Below, piece after piece: positions 21,423 through 33,000 of a DNA stretch of 33,000 nt. The DNA lies in the NCBI GenBank assembly GCA_051294905.1, contig CM119372.1, positions 5,239,001-5,272,000 of the forward strand, written 5' to 3'. A program made the translations under genes and the position numbers. The notes below the pieces were generated by a model. The model saw only the letters and a list, made by a program, of their open reading frames with translations. It did no database searches and was not told where the DNA came from. This DNA comes from Botryllus schlosseri. Its lineage: Eukaryota. How positions within the stretch are numbered: the stretch's first letter is position 1; each line of letters starts with the position of its first letter.

Positions 21423-24400
21423 CTATCTTTCAAAGACAGGGCTGCCCACGGCGGAAGATTCTGATGTCATAAGGGAGGAATCGGTGAGATTCGGGGCGTC
21501 CGCGAACTCGCCCTTGAAAATTTCGTCCGCGTACGACTCGCACATGCCGTTAACTTCCCGCGAAACGGCGGCGATTACGTCATCCAGAATTTCGTCCGAG
21601 AGTCTGAAATAGCGGAGGAGGCTAGAACATGTCAAAGTTACGCGTCAGTTCCATTGTCCCGCAACTTTCAACGACTACTTCACCTCGGAATCAAAAGCGC
21701 ATACATTCAAAAATATATTCATTACGGCAACCAAGCCTGTGCCTACACAAGGAGTTAGTGTTAGCATTGGGACCCCGGGAAATCCCGATCCCGGGATTTG
21801 AAGCAATCCCGATCCCAATGAAATCCCGGGATTTGTAAAGAGCATTTTCCAAGGCTTACGTAGCGCCATATCTCTTATTTTGGTAATAAAGCAATGTCAC
21901 AAACTCTGCTGATAGTTTAAAACAATTCACAATTATTTGATATTAAAGCCAGCTATGGCATAACAATGTACTACACAATCACTTCCGTCGTAGTCTACGA
22001 ATCGTAGCAGTGTAACTGAGTATCGGAAAGTCACAAGGACGGTGCTGTGGAGGTGAAATACAGGTCGAATAATGGCGAATTTCGAAGATGTCAATGCAAA
22101 GAGAAAATCACATGTTTAGCGAAACTGTTTGTTTTATAAATCGACATAAAAAGCCAAATGCAACTTGTGTCAAGACGTTTTGAAAGCTTCAGTGTCTAGC
22201 ACAAAGGGACTATAATAACGCATTTAAGGTCCGTACAAATGATAGTAATTAAATCATGCATGATTCAATCGGACACGTCAAAGCAACATCAGCTAAAAAT
22301 GAAGATGAGGAAGATCGATTCCTATAAAATAAATCGCATAAGCCTCGCCTCGATGAACTTCTTAACCAGTTAACTGCTGTGGACAGGTTAACATTTATTC
22401 AATTACCCAAAGTGAGCGAATTCGTTGGGCCTTCAAGGCTTATGGCTATGACTTGTCAAAATGTCACAAATGGGTTCGTGACTTGGTGATCGAACACAGT
22501 AAATAAATCCGTAAGTGTGTGGAAGAAGAGCTTATGGCAATGAAACGCAGCATTGGACGTTTTTCGATCACGTTTGACGAATCATTTTCTACACGAAACA
22601 GGCGGTACATGAATTTAAACGCTCATTATCCGGGTGGCCTTTGGTGGCTGGGTTTCATTCGTATTCACGGGAGCATATTTTTCGTCAATACTACAAGGAA
22701 TAAATGTTGTGTGTGTAGCTTGTATGTGTATTTTACTACTTTGCTAATCCCGGGAAATCCCGGGATTGAGAAGCGCAAATCCCGGGAAATCCCAATCCCG
22801 GGATTTCAAATTTGATCCCGAAGTCCCAACCCTAGTTAGTTTACGATCTAAAAATAGCACATTAAACAGCGTAAGCTCTTTCTGCGCCCCGGTTATTCGA
22901 AATTTCATGCCGGTGACGTCATATTTTGTGCTACGATTGTTGATATACAATGTTCTTTCCAATTCTCCTCTAGTTGCAGCCGAAAATATTCGGGTTCATT
23001 TCAATATGAATACACCATGCAATTGTATATTGAAGTTATGTACCTCCAAGAAGCTCTTCATATATTCATTATGTACAAATATGAATATCAGAAGCTTAGG
23101 GGTAAAAATCTTGAATAGATTTTCAATAATATATTCAAAATGCAATTATATTGAAACTCAAGGCAGCCCTCAAGATTACTGGACCGCGATCTGACATATC
23201 AGCGTTACTTGCCGGCACATGCCACATTCATTTCATCTCTATCCCTGTTATACTTTATTAGTTTTCATGGATGAGTGCAAGACTTATCTTACTCTACGCA
23301 CCAAAATCGCTGACATTTATGTCATGAAAAATCGGTGATCATTCATGTTTTAGCCACTAGTGGTGGAAAATATTTCCAACTTAACGAATGATTTTGGTCA
23401 ATGAAACTGGTTCTTGCATATTGCATATATTGCGAATCGCATTTGTACCGCGGTGCTCAGATCGCAAGGACGGGAGAATTCGGCGGCCGGACATATCAAC
23501 ACGCTCAACAGGGTTACGATCAATAAGCGTTGATCAAATGTAGGGTCATGGTCCCATTCGCCTCCCCTGGCTGCGCGGATGCGTTGGAACTGTTTTACAT
23601 CGACACCCCAAATTTCGCGTTCAGGCTAATCAAATGTTTGGTTGAGCTTGAAAGTTGACATTAAATTACATGGGTAATTCATATTTCGATATCATAAATT
23701 ACTTAAAAAATTAGCAAGCGGGCCGCTCCGCCCCTGCTCTGGGCCGAGGTGGGTGTCTGTTAACAGACAACTCCATGTCGTTTCAGCAAACTCCTATCTT
23801 TTCATTGTATCGCATTATGTCTTGATTTGATGAAAATCCCAATAAACTCACTAACAACTACACCATTATCGAAGACTCACCCGTCGACGATTTTCCAGGG
23901 GTTGAAATTCCCTTTCGGCTCATGGAATGAGTGTTTGAGATGCCGTTCAAAGTTTCTCCTGCCCTCTTCAATAGCGTGCAGGGTGGTCTCGGGAAGTACG
24001 AGGACAGTCCTGTTCTTTCCTTTCTAAAAGACAGACGCGCGTGCATAGGCGGTCACAGCATACTCTGCCTTGGCACTCCAGTTTAAGCAAAAGTGACCCA
24101 AAGTGACGTCATAATAGACGCGGAAACTGGATTTCAACGGAATGGAGGGGAATTTACACAGTAAGTACTAAGTACCGAACGCGGGTAGGTTGACTAAAAA
24201 AAAAGGTCAACTCCAACCGATTATTATAAGTGGGCTTTTGGGAGATGAGTCAGAAAAGTGACATTTTTTTAGTCAACCCAAATAACTTCAGCCGTAAAAA
24301 TTTCCAAATAACCCGTTTGCTAGGCCGCTTTTGTAACTTGTATAGAGTGTCTTCTTTTTTGGATTTCAAAATATGGTAACCATACATTTGAGCAACTAAC

Positions 24401-26385
24401 AGAAAATGTCACTAAAAATAGGTGTTCAGTTGCCGCGATACAATGGCTGTTTTACCTAGTGGAGTGGCTATTACAATTTCGCTTGTAAAACTACTTTCTA
24501 CTTAGCAAAATACAAGGTGCTGAAAGTATGTAGTTCTGCATAAAAACTATCTAGTAGGCATAGTCAAAAAACAACAGCTTGAGTAAGCAGTACAAGTAGG
24601 TAAAATCTAATAGGGTACGCCGGAAAAGTTCGAGTACTTCGTTATTCACGACCTCAGGGCCTACCATGCATCCTTGCCGAGGCCGTCGTTAGCAAATGAT
24701 GAACCATAATCATTTCTCACCTCACTGTTGCTTCTACCTTCCAAGGTTATTGTAGGCTGCTGTCCGTAATCAGCTCTGTCTTTGTCGGGTATGAAATTTA
24801 CAATTCTGGGAAAAAAAATTTAATCCAATTCCAATCTGGAAGGTACAACAGCCTACTACCAGTTGAACATGCGCGCATGACAATTACATTCCGAATAACT
24901 AGAACCTAATCACTAGCTGAACAGTAAATGAAAATCCCAATCGTTTAGTGGTTTTAGCTTTTTTGTGAGCGCATACTTGACAACAGTGGTTCCCAACCGC
25001 CAGTCTGCGGACCAGTGCCGGTTCGCGGCAAGTTTCCTGACGGTCACCCAAATATTTTAGAATTTTATATCTCAATTCTGAAATGTAAGAAGTTGGACGC
25101 GTGTCCGTTAATTAGTGAACTAAAACACCAAATTTTAAATTGATTCAGAAGTTTGGTGCGTATTCTTCTCCATCGTGCCGTAATAGCGGGTTCATGATCT
25201 GATTTGGGTGTACGTCACAACATCGCAAGTTTTGTCCGAAATTGTTTAAAAGTAGCCCGCAACTCGTTTCGCACTAGTTGTTTGTGAAAGCTACGGAGAG
25301 TTTTAAACAAACTGACTGTGAAATTAAGCGACACTTGACAGTAAAATAGGAGCTATAGCAAACAACAAAGTCGCATTTCTTTTAGAGGGTACCGAACGAT
25401 CGCAATCGAGTTATTGGCCTTTAACGGGACTTCGAGAGCATCGCCTAGCAGAAACTTCAATATCAGGGGACTCTATCGACCTACCACATGAAAAGTAAAA
25501 AGAAGTAGTTTTGCTTAAACAACATTATCAGTAAAATTATAAGTACGGTAGTAGAAAGACACTTGAGTTAGTTGAGTATGTAGTGGAAGTAAACAGAGTC
25601 CAAAAGAGTTCATACCAAACATAGCAGTACTTTATTACTGATGAGCTCTGGCAGTAAGACGACATGAAACAGTCAAAGGCAAGAAGATATTGGCAACTTT
25701 AATCACGCAACGGCGAATAATAATAATCTGATGATTTTTAATCAGATCTGATATTTAATTTCACAGCCCCGATTTTCAGCACACACCCAAGCAGATTTGC
25801 TGATACAGTAATTTTTGTCGGAACCTGGAACTGCCCAAGTCAATACATGTAGCTCACCGTTTGGGAGCGGTCTCATTCGATTCGGTCGTATTCGTGAACT
25901 TGAACGCTTGCGGTGTTTTCGGCATCGTTTCCGAGACGACAACGTGCGATTCCTTTTCTGCGTCTTCGTAATTAATCTGAACGTAGACCAGAAATGGCCG
26001 ACATCACACATCAGGTCAACCCTCTTTACAAAACAAAAACCGAAGTAGACGCTGGAGATACCTCACGCCATCGTCTACGGATGGCCTCTTCCTCCTGCGA
26101 GATTGCATCGAGTCGTGAGAAGAGCGATTCCAATGACGGCCTCTGCTGAAGCTGCACTGCTTCTTGTTCAACCGCTTTCTCTTTTTGAAAACTGTCCAGA
26201 AACAATTATTCTAAAATCTACAAATCAAGAACGAAAGTCACAGGGGCTGCTTTCGGCTTGACATACTTCTCGAGTTCTTGCTTCGTTTCCTGAACGATTT
26301 CGCGAACTTGCCTCTCCAACATTTCGTCATCCGGAGTTTTCTGTAACGCGGCCGCTCTTTCTTTAGACTTGGCAAGCTCGTTAAC
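21423..26385 (-). CDS. KIAA0753: Protein moonraker (KIAA0753/OFIP), C-terminal ~258 aa, 5'-partial; exons 26385-26267, 26191-26062, 25976-25858, 24805-24721, 24023-23881, 21603-21423
   Basis: Spliced translation ...RLDAISQEEEAIRRRWREINYED... and ...HEPKGNFNPWKIVDGLSDEILDDVIAAVSREVNGMCESYADEIFKGEF... resembles the moonraker C-terminus as I recall it (HE..GSFNPW.I...S.EL.DE...AV..E...MC..YA...F..EF). All GT-AG phases are compatible (777 nt). Confidence 0.88.
21762..22834 (+). mobile_element. Internally deleted hAT transposon (intronic)
   Basis: TIRs TAGCATTGGGAC / GTCCCAACCCTA. TSD GTTAGTGT / GTTAGTTT (7/8). ATCCCGGGAT subterminal arrays at both ends. Confidence 0.88.
22100..22680 (+). pseudogene. 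hAT transposase remnant (BED zinc finger and start of the catalytic domain)
   Basis: AKCNLCQDVLKASVSSTKGL**(frameshift)THLRSV is BED-like. GYDLSKCHKWVRDLVIEHSK*IRKCVEEELMAMKRSIGRFSITFDESFSTRNRRYMNLNAH..WWLGFIRIHGS contains the first catalytic Asp motif. Stops, frameshifts and truncation are present. Confidence 0.85.
24440..25650. repeat. AAGTA-rich element fragments (~24440-24655 and ~25490-25650) plus an orphan hAT left end at 24984
   Basis: Termini GAGTACTTCGTTATTCACGACCTCAG and GTACTTTATTACTGATGAGCTCTG resemble the 5464 terminus. CAGTGGTTCCCAACC occurs at 24984. A host exon (24721-24805) lies between the fragments. Confidence 0.4.
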
Positions 26386-26687
26386 CTGACATATAGAATA
26401 TATTACGTTGACAGCTAAGTCTCTTGATTTCCCACTGTGATGTGACCAGGCGCTTATCCAGAGCGCGAAAAAGGGGGGGGTTTGCGTTTTTTTTTTTATC
26501 GTGGTGACCTTGGTCACCCATATATTTATTTCTTATATCAAAATTTCAGTACAATAAAGTCGAGTAAAATTTGCATAAACACAAAAAGGGTGTAAATTCA
26601 ATTTCTTTCCTTTGGATCCTTCGTCGTCATCGTCCAGCATCATCATCCAGCATCGTTCATTCTCATCATCGTCGTCACCCGTTCTCG

Positions 26688-29600
26688 TCATTCCTCCGTC
26701 GTCCCGTTGCTCCATCTTGGTCCGGATGTAAAAATTTCTATTCTTTTTTTTGTTTTATTTAATATTTTCAACGCCATCGTTCTTCTCCAATTTCGTCCGT
26801 TTTCGATGTAATCGTTCTTCGCGTCTTGATATTGCTTCCATTTCAATATCGTTGATTTAAAGATCGATACCATCAGTATGTCATTCTGACTTCTTCTTTT
26901 TTTGGTGTATATAATTTCTTCCTTCCTTGGAGTCCATTCCAATCTTTCTTTAATAACATTGAAGACCTGTTGCGTAATATCGCATGTGGTGAATACATGC
27001 GTGATTGTGTCTTCTTTTGATTTGCAGAATTTGCAGTTAGTTAATTCTCTTCTCCCATTTATCTTTCTCCCCATGTTTCTTTGATCTTTTTGCTTGCCAA
27101 AAATATATCCGTTATTGCACAGTCGGTAGTTGATAATCTTTTCTTTGTTAGTAAGTTTTGAATTTGATCCTCTCTTAGAACCTTGTATAGCGTTCCAATT
27201 TTTAACCATGGTATCGTCTATTTTCTTTTCATATGTCCTATTCAATTCTGTATATAGCTCCTTAAAATTTGTGTCTTTCCATTGCTCTGTGTTCCATTTC
27301 AATCTTCTGTTCATCGCTACTAGTTTCTTCCAGTTCTCGTCTGGGTTTCCCTTATGTGGCATACTATTATCGTATATTCCTGGGTTTATTTCTTTTATCT
27401 TCGAGCCCAGTTGGTATGCCGCGTATTGATGCCAGAACTCTCCCGGTTCTTCGATACGCGATAGGGCCTTTATCTTAATCATGTCGCACGTTTGAGCAAT
27501 GGTTTTGGGAAATGGGACTGCGAGTCCTCCCTCACATTTCCTTTTAATGAGGATTTTCCTCGAGATCGTTTCGATCTTTTCGGGATAGTATATGAAGTCG
27601 AAGAATTCCTTCTCTATTCTTTTTAATACTCTATCGTGAGGCTGATGTATTCTTGCCGTGTATAGTATTTGCGTTGCCGCCATACTTTTCAAGATTTGCA
27701 CTTTACCCAGCCATGTAAGCCTTCGCGTTTTGTACAGATTTAAAATTTTTATTATTTTCTCTGTTTTTTCTTTCTATGAGTTTGGGTTGCTGTTTTTACC
27801 AAATCTGTACCCTAGGATTTTTACCGAATCTTTGGTATATTTATGATAGTTTGAGTGTTCTAATTGTGTCTTTGCATCTTCATTTATTGGTAATATCTGG
27901 GTTTTCTCTTGATTTATTTTTTGCCCTGTAGCACTTGCGAAGTCTTCGAGGTGTTGGAAAGTTTTATCTATCGAGTCTTTCGTGCTTAATATGGCCGTGA
28001 TATCATCAGCATATATCTGTGCTTTTATTTCTTTCTTCCCTATCTTCATACCTCTTACTTCTGTATCATTCAAAATTCTTCTTGTTAACGGTTCTGTGAC
28101 CATTGAGTACAACGTCATGCTCAAGGGGCATCCTTGTCTGATACCCCTCTGAATGTCGATAATCGCTGTTTTCTTACCATTGACTTGGACTACACTTTGA
28201 GCACATCTATACGTGTGCTCAATATATTGGTATATATTGTCGCCCAAATTCCACGTTTTCATCAATGATAATAAAAAGTCGTGATTTACTCTATCGAAAG
28301 CTTTTTCCTGGTCAAAGCTGACCAGGAATAGCGTCGATTTCTTGTATTCAGCAAATTCTGTGGCCGAATTTATGTTCAACGCCGCATCAAAAATGCTTCT
28401 GTCCGCTATACTGCATTTTTGGTTGATGTTTATTAGGTCTGGTAGGATGGACTTCATTCTGTTCGAGATTATCTTTGAGAGTATTTTATAATCTGTATTC
28501 AGTAAAGTAATTGGCCTATAATTCTTAATTTGTCCTGCATTACCTTTTTTGTAAATTAATTTAACAAGGCCTAATTTCCAGGATTTGCATAGCGTGTTGA
28601 AGATGAATGCGTTGTTCATAATTTCTATGAGCTCCAGTTTTAACAGGCCCCAGAAGGTTTTGTAGAACTCAATCGATAGACCATCGGTGCCTGGAGATCT
28701 GTTGTTGCTCATCCCCATAATCGCTCTTTTTATCTCCTCTTCAGTTATGACCTCATTTAGGGTCTTACGCTCTTCTTCAGTTATTTCGCAATCTTCTATT
28801 TCTTTTCTGAAGCCTTCTTGTTTTTCTTGGTCTATGTTTAGGGATTTTCCCCATAGTTTGTTATAGAAGTTTTCTACTTCTTTTAAAATTTGGTTTTTCC
28901 CAATCAATTTTTCTCCTTTGTCATTTTCCAAGACGTCGATGTTCTGTTTTTTGTTTTTCGCTTTTAGTTTTTCGAAAAAAAATCTAGTCGGCTTTTCATT
29001 CAATTCTATGTCTTCTACCTTGGCTCTTTTGTTTATTCTAATCAGTTCTTCTCTGTCGTGTTCTTTCATCTCTTTCAGCAAGTTTCTGTATGCTTCAGTG
29101 CCGATATTTGTTGATCTTATTTTGTTCTCTAAATTTTCTTTTTGCTTTCTAGCTTCCTTTCTTTTTTGCATGCCTGCCATTTTTAGCATGGATTTTAGTT
29201 CTGTTTTACCCGATTCCCACCATTCCGCTATGTCGTGGAAGTTCGACTTTTGCGCCGTGAACATATTGTACCTTTCTATTATTTCTTGTCTAATCATTTT
29301 ATTATTGTACAGCTCCACATTGTTTTTCCAATGGCCTTTACCCCATTTTATTCTTCTCTTTTTGTCTAATTTTATAGTGGCCATGTATAAGTGGTCCGAA
29401 ACTGTGTTATTTATGTAGGCGAATCTTTGTATTTCTTGGTCTAGATTTTTAGTACAATAGATACGGTCTATTCTACGAGCTTGGTGGTGTTTCATGACGG
29501 TGTATATAAACTTCTTTGGGTTTCTTGTTCTAAAGACATCTTGGAGTTTGCTACTCCTTATTAGCTCCTTCCATATTTTACTTGCTGCAGTAAAAGGGTG

Positions 29601-30113
29601 CTTAGGTGTCTTTTTTTCATCTTTCTTGTCTACTATCATATTAAAGTCTCCGCAAATTATTTTCCTACCTTTTGTATTCCTAATCTCTCCTGATATATAC
29701 TTATAAAAAGCCGTTTTGTATCGACCTTCGCTGGGGGGTCCGTAAATGTTCCAAACCTCTGTTTTCTCGCCCTCCTCGTCTGTCAACGTAATTCTTTGTA
29801 CACGGTCTTCTACTATATCCTTGGGGTCGATCTGATATACCTCCTCTAATACTTTTTTAACGAGTACGGCAGTCCCTTTAAAATATAGTTTCTTATTTTC
29901 TTGGCTATCTATCCAACAATTACCTCTATCTAGACAATTTGCGTACAAGTTGTAGTGATTTTGTTTTGCCCAGTTTTCAATTTTTGATTTATTAATTTTG
30001 TGTGTCTCTTGTATGCAGATAATGTTATAGTTTTTTGTTCCTGGTGAAACTTTAAACTTTTTCCAATTCCTATCCAAACCATTTACATTTAAGGACGCGA
30101 TTGAGAGCTCCAT
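26688..30113 (-). pseudogene. Tx1/L1 ORF2 (AP endonuclease, reverse transcriptase, CCHC finger) interrupted by one in-frame TAG at 27774-27776
   Basis: APE motifs SLNVNGL, IQETH, GDFN, RIDRIY, SDH. RT motifs SPGTDGL, NYRPITLLNTDYK, DQEKAFDRV, GIRQGCPLS, YADD. C-terminal CKFCKSKEDTITHVFTTC. The two listed ORFs are in the same frame: ...NPNS*KEKTEKIIKILNLYKTRRLTWLGKVQILKSM... Confidence 0.93.
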
Positions 30114-30165
30114 TTATTTTGATTTATTCGATTCAATAGTTTTGTCATTTCTGTCCTGTTAGTCT

Positions 30166-31230
30166 TTATCCTGTTTTCTTGTGTTTTGGTTTTCTTCTGT
30201 TTTTCTTGTTTGATTTATGCTGTTTTGGTGTCGAGAATCTCTTTGTTATACTTTCTATTTCTTCTATTGTGAATTCATCGGTGTCTGAATCTGTCAGGTC
30301 GGGCTCATTCGCCGGCGTGTCTATATCAGTCGTATCCTTGTCTGAGTCAGGGCCGTCTGACGACAGCTCTAGGCCCATTTCATTTGTATCTATTACAGTT
30401 ACATCATGTTGCTCTTTCGAGTCATCTGTTTCTGTGTTTGATCTGTTTTGCTTTTGGTGCGTGGTCATTTCTGTCTGTTTTTCGTTCTCTTGTGCTGCGT
30501 TCATCGTTTTGTTCTCATCATCAGTTGATGATGCTTCGTTTTTATCATTTTCATCGTTTCTATCTATTCCATCGTTTTTCCCTAGTGTTGGGAAGTCTAG
30601 TTCCTTTTTTGGGCATTTGTACTGTACATGCCCACTCTCGCTGCAGTATCTGCATACTCTTACTTTTTTGCAGGTCTCAGCATTATGCCCATTCTCCAGG
30701 CATTTAGTACATTTGTTCGTGTTTTCTAATGGAAAAAACACTTTGCATGCAGTTTTTCGTATTTTTACGAACGGTGGAACTGTACCCTGTTTGTAATTTT
30801 CGACGGCTATTTTTCTGTAACCGTTGTAGAATGGAGTGTCTTTGTGGTATAGACTCTCCACTCTCACAATTTTGCCACAGTTCAAACCTTCCAGGTATTT
30901 ATGGACTTCCTCGTCTTCTATTTCAGTAGGTACTGCCCTGATGTGGATAAACTTTAGTTCATCTCTCGGGTAATATAGCTTCCCCTCTATCTCTCCAAAG
31001 GTGATGTTCCCTCTTGTTTCATTATACATCTTCATTCTGTTGTCTATTTTTTCGTTTCTTTTGAAAGTTATATTGTATGATTTCGGGCCATTTTGGTATA
31101 CTCCTTGTATATCATGTTTATATTCTTTCAGGATATCGTGTTGTAGTACCATTTGTAATACCTCGGACAAGGTTTGTTCAAGTTTTACAACCAGATCAAG
31201 CGATCTAGGCCTCTCTCCTTCGTCATCCAT
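30166..31230 (-). CDS. Tx1/L1 ORF1 nucleic-acid-binding (gag-like) protein, ~354 aa
   Basis: ATG at 31230 (MDDEGERPRS). Two CCHC knuckles, CTKCLENGHNAETC and CRYCSESGHVQYKC, followed by an acidic low-complexity tail and a basic C-terminus. Confidence 0.9.
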   Translation of the reverse strand: MDDEGERPRSLDLVVKLEQTLSEVLQMVLQHDILKEYKHDIQGVYQNGPKSYNITFKRNEKIDNRMKMYNETRGNITFGEIEGKLYYPRDELKFIHIRAVPTEIEDEEVHKYLEGLNCGKIVRVESLYHKDTPFYNGYRKIAVENYKQGTVPPFVKIRKTACKVFFPLENTNKCTKCLENGHNAETCKKVRVCRYCSESGHVQYKCPKKELDFPTLGKNDGIDRNDENDKNEASSTDDENKTMNAAQENEKQTEMTTHQKQNRSNTETDDSKEQHDVTVIDTNEMGLELSSDGPDSDKDTTDIDTPANEPDLTDSDTDEFTIEEIESITKRFSTPKQHKSNKKNRRKPKHKKTG

Positions 31231-31619
31231 GTTATAGTTGCAGATCAATCAGCTCTGAAAACCACAGCTTTTCGTTTTGTTTATTTCGGTATTTTATTCG
31301 CTTATCCGTTATTTTTGGCAGATAGGTCGCGTTATTCTGAGTACCGGTGCACTAGGAATCCTAGTTCGATTGTAATCTCTAATGTTCGTGTTGTATCGTC
31401 TTTCGTTTATCTCGTCAGTCTTTTAGACAATCAAATTTCAAATTTGTATTGTCTTCGTGTGTGAAAGACAGTTCCCTTTCTGACGGGTTCTGTTTTCAAT
31501 TTTTTGCGTTCAAGTTCAGTTGGAATCTAATAATGTAATAAGAAATAACTCACACACTCAAAAAAACGACACGTCTATAAGCGTGTGCCCAAGTTGGCTG
31601 ATATACCGCGACCTGGAAC

Positions 31620-31852
31620 CGGCAGTTACGGCTTTTAAAACTAGGCACGACAGGTATGTCAGAAACGGCAGTTACGGCTTTTATCTAGATACGGCAGTCA
31701 CGGCTTTGTAAAACTTGGTACAGCTCAATTGTTCAATTAGTTCCCAATTTTTGACAAGATTGACACGGAAACACGTGTAATTATGTACGGCTTTTATCTT
31801 AGGCAAGACTGGCACAGCAACCACGTGTAAGACGGTACGACTTTTATCCTAG
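31620..31852. repeat. Dispersed imperfect repeats CGGCAGTTACGGCTTTTATC(C)TAG, about 5 copies
   Basis: Copies start near 31620, 31666, 31692, 31786 and 31833. A (GTATGGTT)-like microsatellite follows at ~32029-32060. Confidence 0.6.
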
Positions 31853-33000
31853 GTAAGTCGCACCACAAAAAAATTTTAGGCCAATAAAAATCACGTCCTG
31901 TATAAGTTTTTAATGTAATCAGCGTTTGCCACAGCGGCAAAACCACAACTAGTATTAAATCTGAAAAAACAAGCTATAAGACACCTGTCTAGACTCAGAA
32001 AAAACGTACAGTGCTCAAAACATAGGAAGTATGGTTGTATGGTTGTATGGAAGTATGGTTGGGGGGTTTGCGTTACGAAATTGGCTATTGTGACGTCGTC
32101 ATTACGATCACTCGTCTCCACGCCGTGGCGAATATTTATAGTTTAATAATAAACAGAGATTTGCGGTGAGTGGGAGATGTACGAATACGATACAGACATT
32201 GCCTGAAAATCGCGTTTCTTTTACGGTGTGATCGAAAGAAATTGTAAATGCTCTCACATTTAGTCAAGAGCCGGCAAACGCCGCCCGTCTTTAAGCGCCT
32301 AGTTCCGGCCAGAGATGCGCGATTTTGTTGGGTTTTGACGATATTATGCGCACGGTCGGTAGTATCGCAGCGGACGAACAAGCGCGGAAGCATAAAGGCG
32401 GTAGCATAAACGAGGGCGATCGCGATCGCCACAGAGAGGTGTGGTGTGAACACTGAACAGTGTACGTCGTACACGAATGTGTGCTTTTCGATGGCTTTAC
32501 TAGCCATACGGCTGAGCGTGTAGTACGCGCGAAGATAATTAGACTTTAATTGCAAGCACGCAAGTCAGTCAATTAATACAGAGTACACACTGGGATAATA
32601 ACTTGATCGACAGAGAAACTTGTCAGCCGATATAATTAGGTTAACTTTACTACGAGGCCTACTCAATTCTCCCGTTCAGCGACAACATAGGCCTGTATTT
32701 GAACGACAGCAAGCCACCTAACAATCGGGAACGTGGATTGCTAGGCATGTATTTTGAAATGTGAATGTCAATCGTAGGCCATTTCTCGCCAATAATCGCG
32801 AATACAATGTGGATTTAAGAATAGCATTGTCGCACTGGTGCCGTCGTGTCTGCGTCTCGTTGATCAATCAACACGCCGTGCAATTCTTAATTAGGATTTC
32901 AAGGCGAGCAGGTGCAGCGAATTCGCTAGCGATGTTGATTGCCGACAACTTCGTCTTTGCAATTAGGTATCGCGTCGGCCAATTAGATTAGATCAGTGGT

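Larger units (their letters stand above)
26489..31502 (-). mobile_element. Near full-length non-LTR retrotransposon, L1/Tx1 clade
   Basis: ORF1 and ORF2 in tandem with a 52-nt spacer. The 3' UTR has AATAAA (26525-26530) and an A-tail ending near 26489. Candidate TSD AACGCAAA (minus strand) at 26481-26488 and 31503-31510; the 5' boundary depends on this TSD. Confidence 0.92.

Noticed and set aside
26440-26470. GCTCTGGATAAGCG resembling L2-partner SINE 3' tails
   Set aside because: The match is too short and there is no SINE body.
26902-31464. Plus-strand Phe/Ser/Leu-rich ORFs (e.g. 28918-29418, 30179-30796)
   Set aside because: They are antisense shadows of the A-rich retrotransposon ORFs.

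Overview
Eukaryotic (animal) genomic DNA with short GT-AG introns and dense transposon content. The style fits a marine invertebrate such as an ascidian, but this is inference. All gene models were assembled by hand from splice signals and reading-frame continuity. Four host genes are present: (1) the 3' exons of cytochrome c oxidase subunit 6A (+, 129-3079); (2) a 7-exon, 268-aa Cys-rich protein with a signal peptide and GPI-type tail that I cannot assign to a family (-, 5707-9683); (3) a 20-exon, ~600-aa secreted protein of unknown family (-, 11393-20571), in which 15 of 18 internal exons are frame-symmetric, including five consecutive phase-0 exons of 21-60 nt; (4) the last six exons of KIAA0753/moonraker (-, 21423-26385). 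A near full-length Tx1/L1-clade non-LTR retrotransposon (~26489-31502, -), whose ORF2 carries a single in-frame TAG, lies just upstream of the moonraker exons, probably in an intron. Introns and intergenic DNA hold many hAT-type MITEs with 8-bp TSDs, a piggyBac-type MITE nested in a hAT element, an internally deleted hAT with transposase remnants, and two 22/28-bp palindromic 'TIR-only' insertions, each with its own perfect 8-bp TSD.
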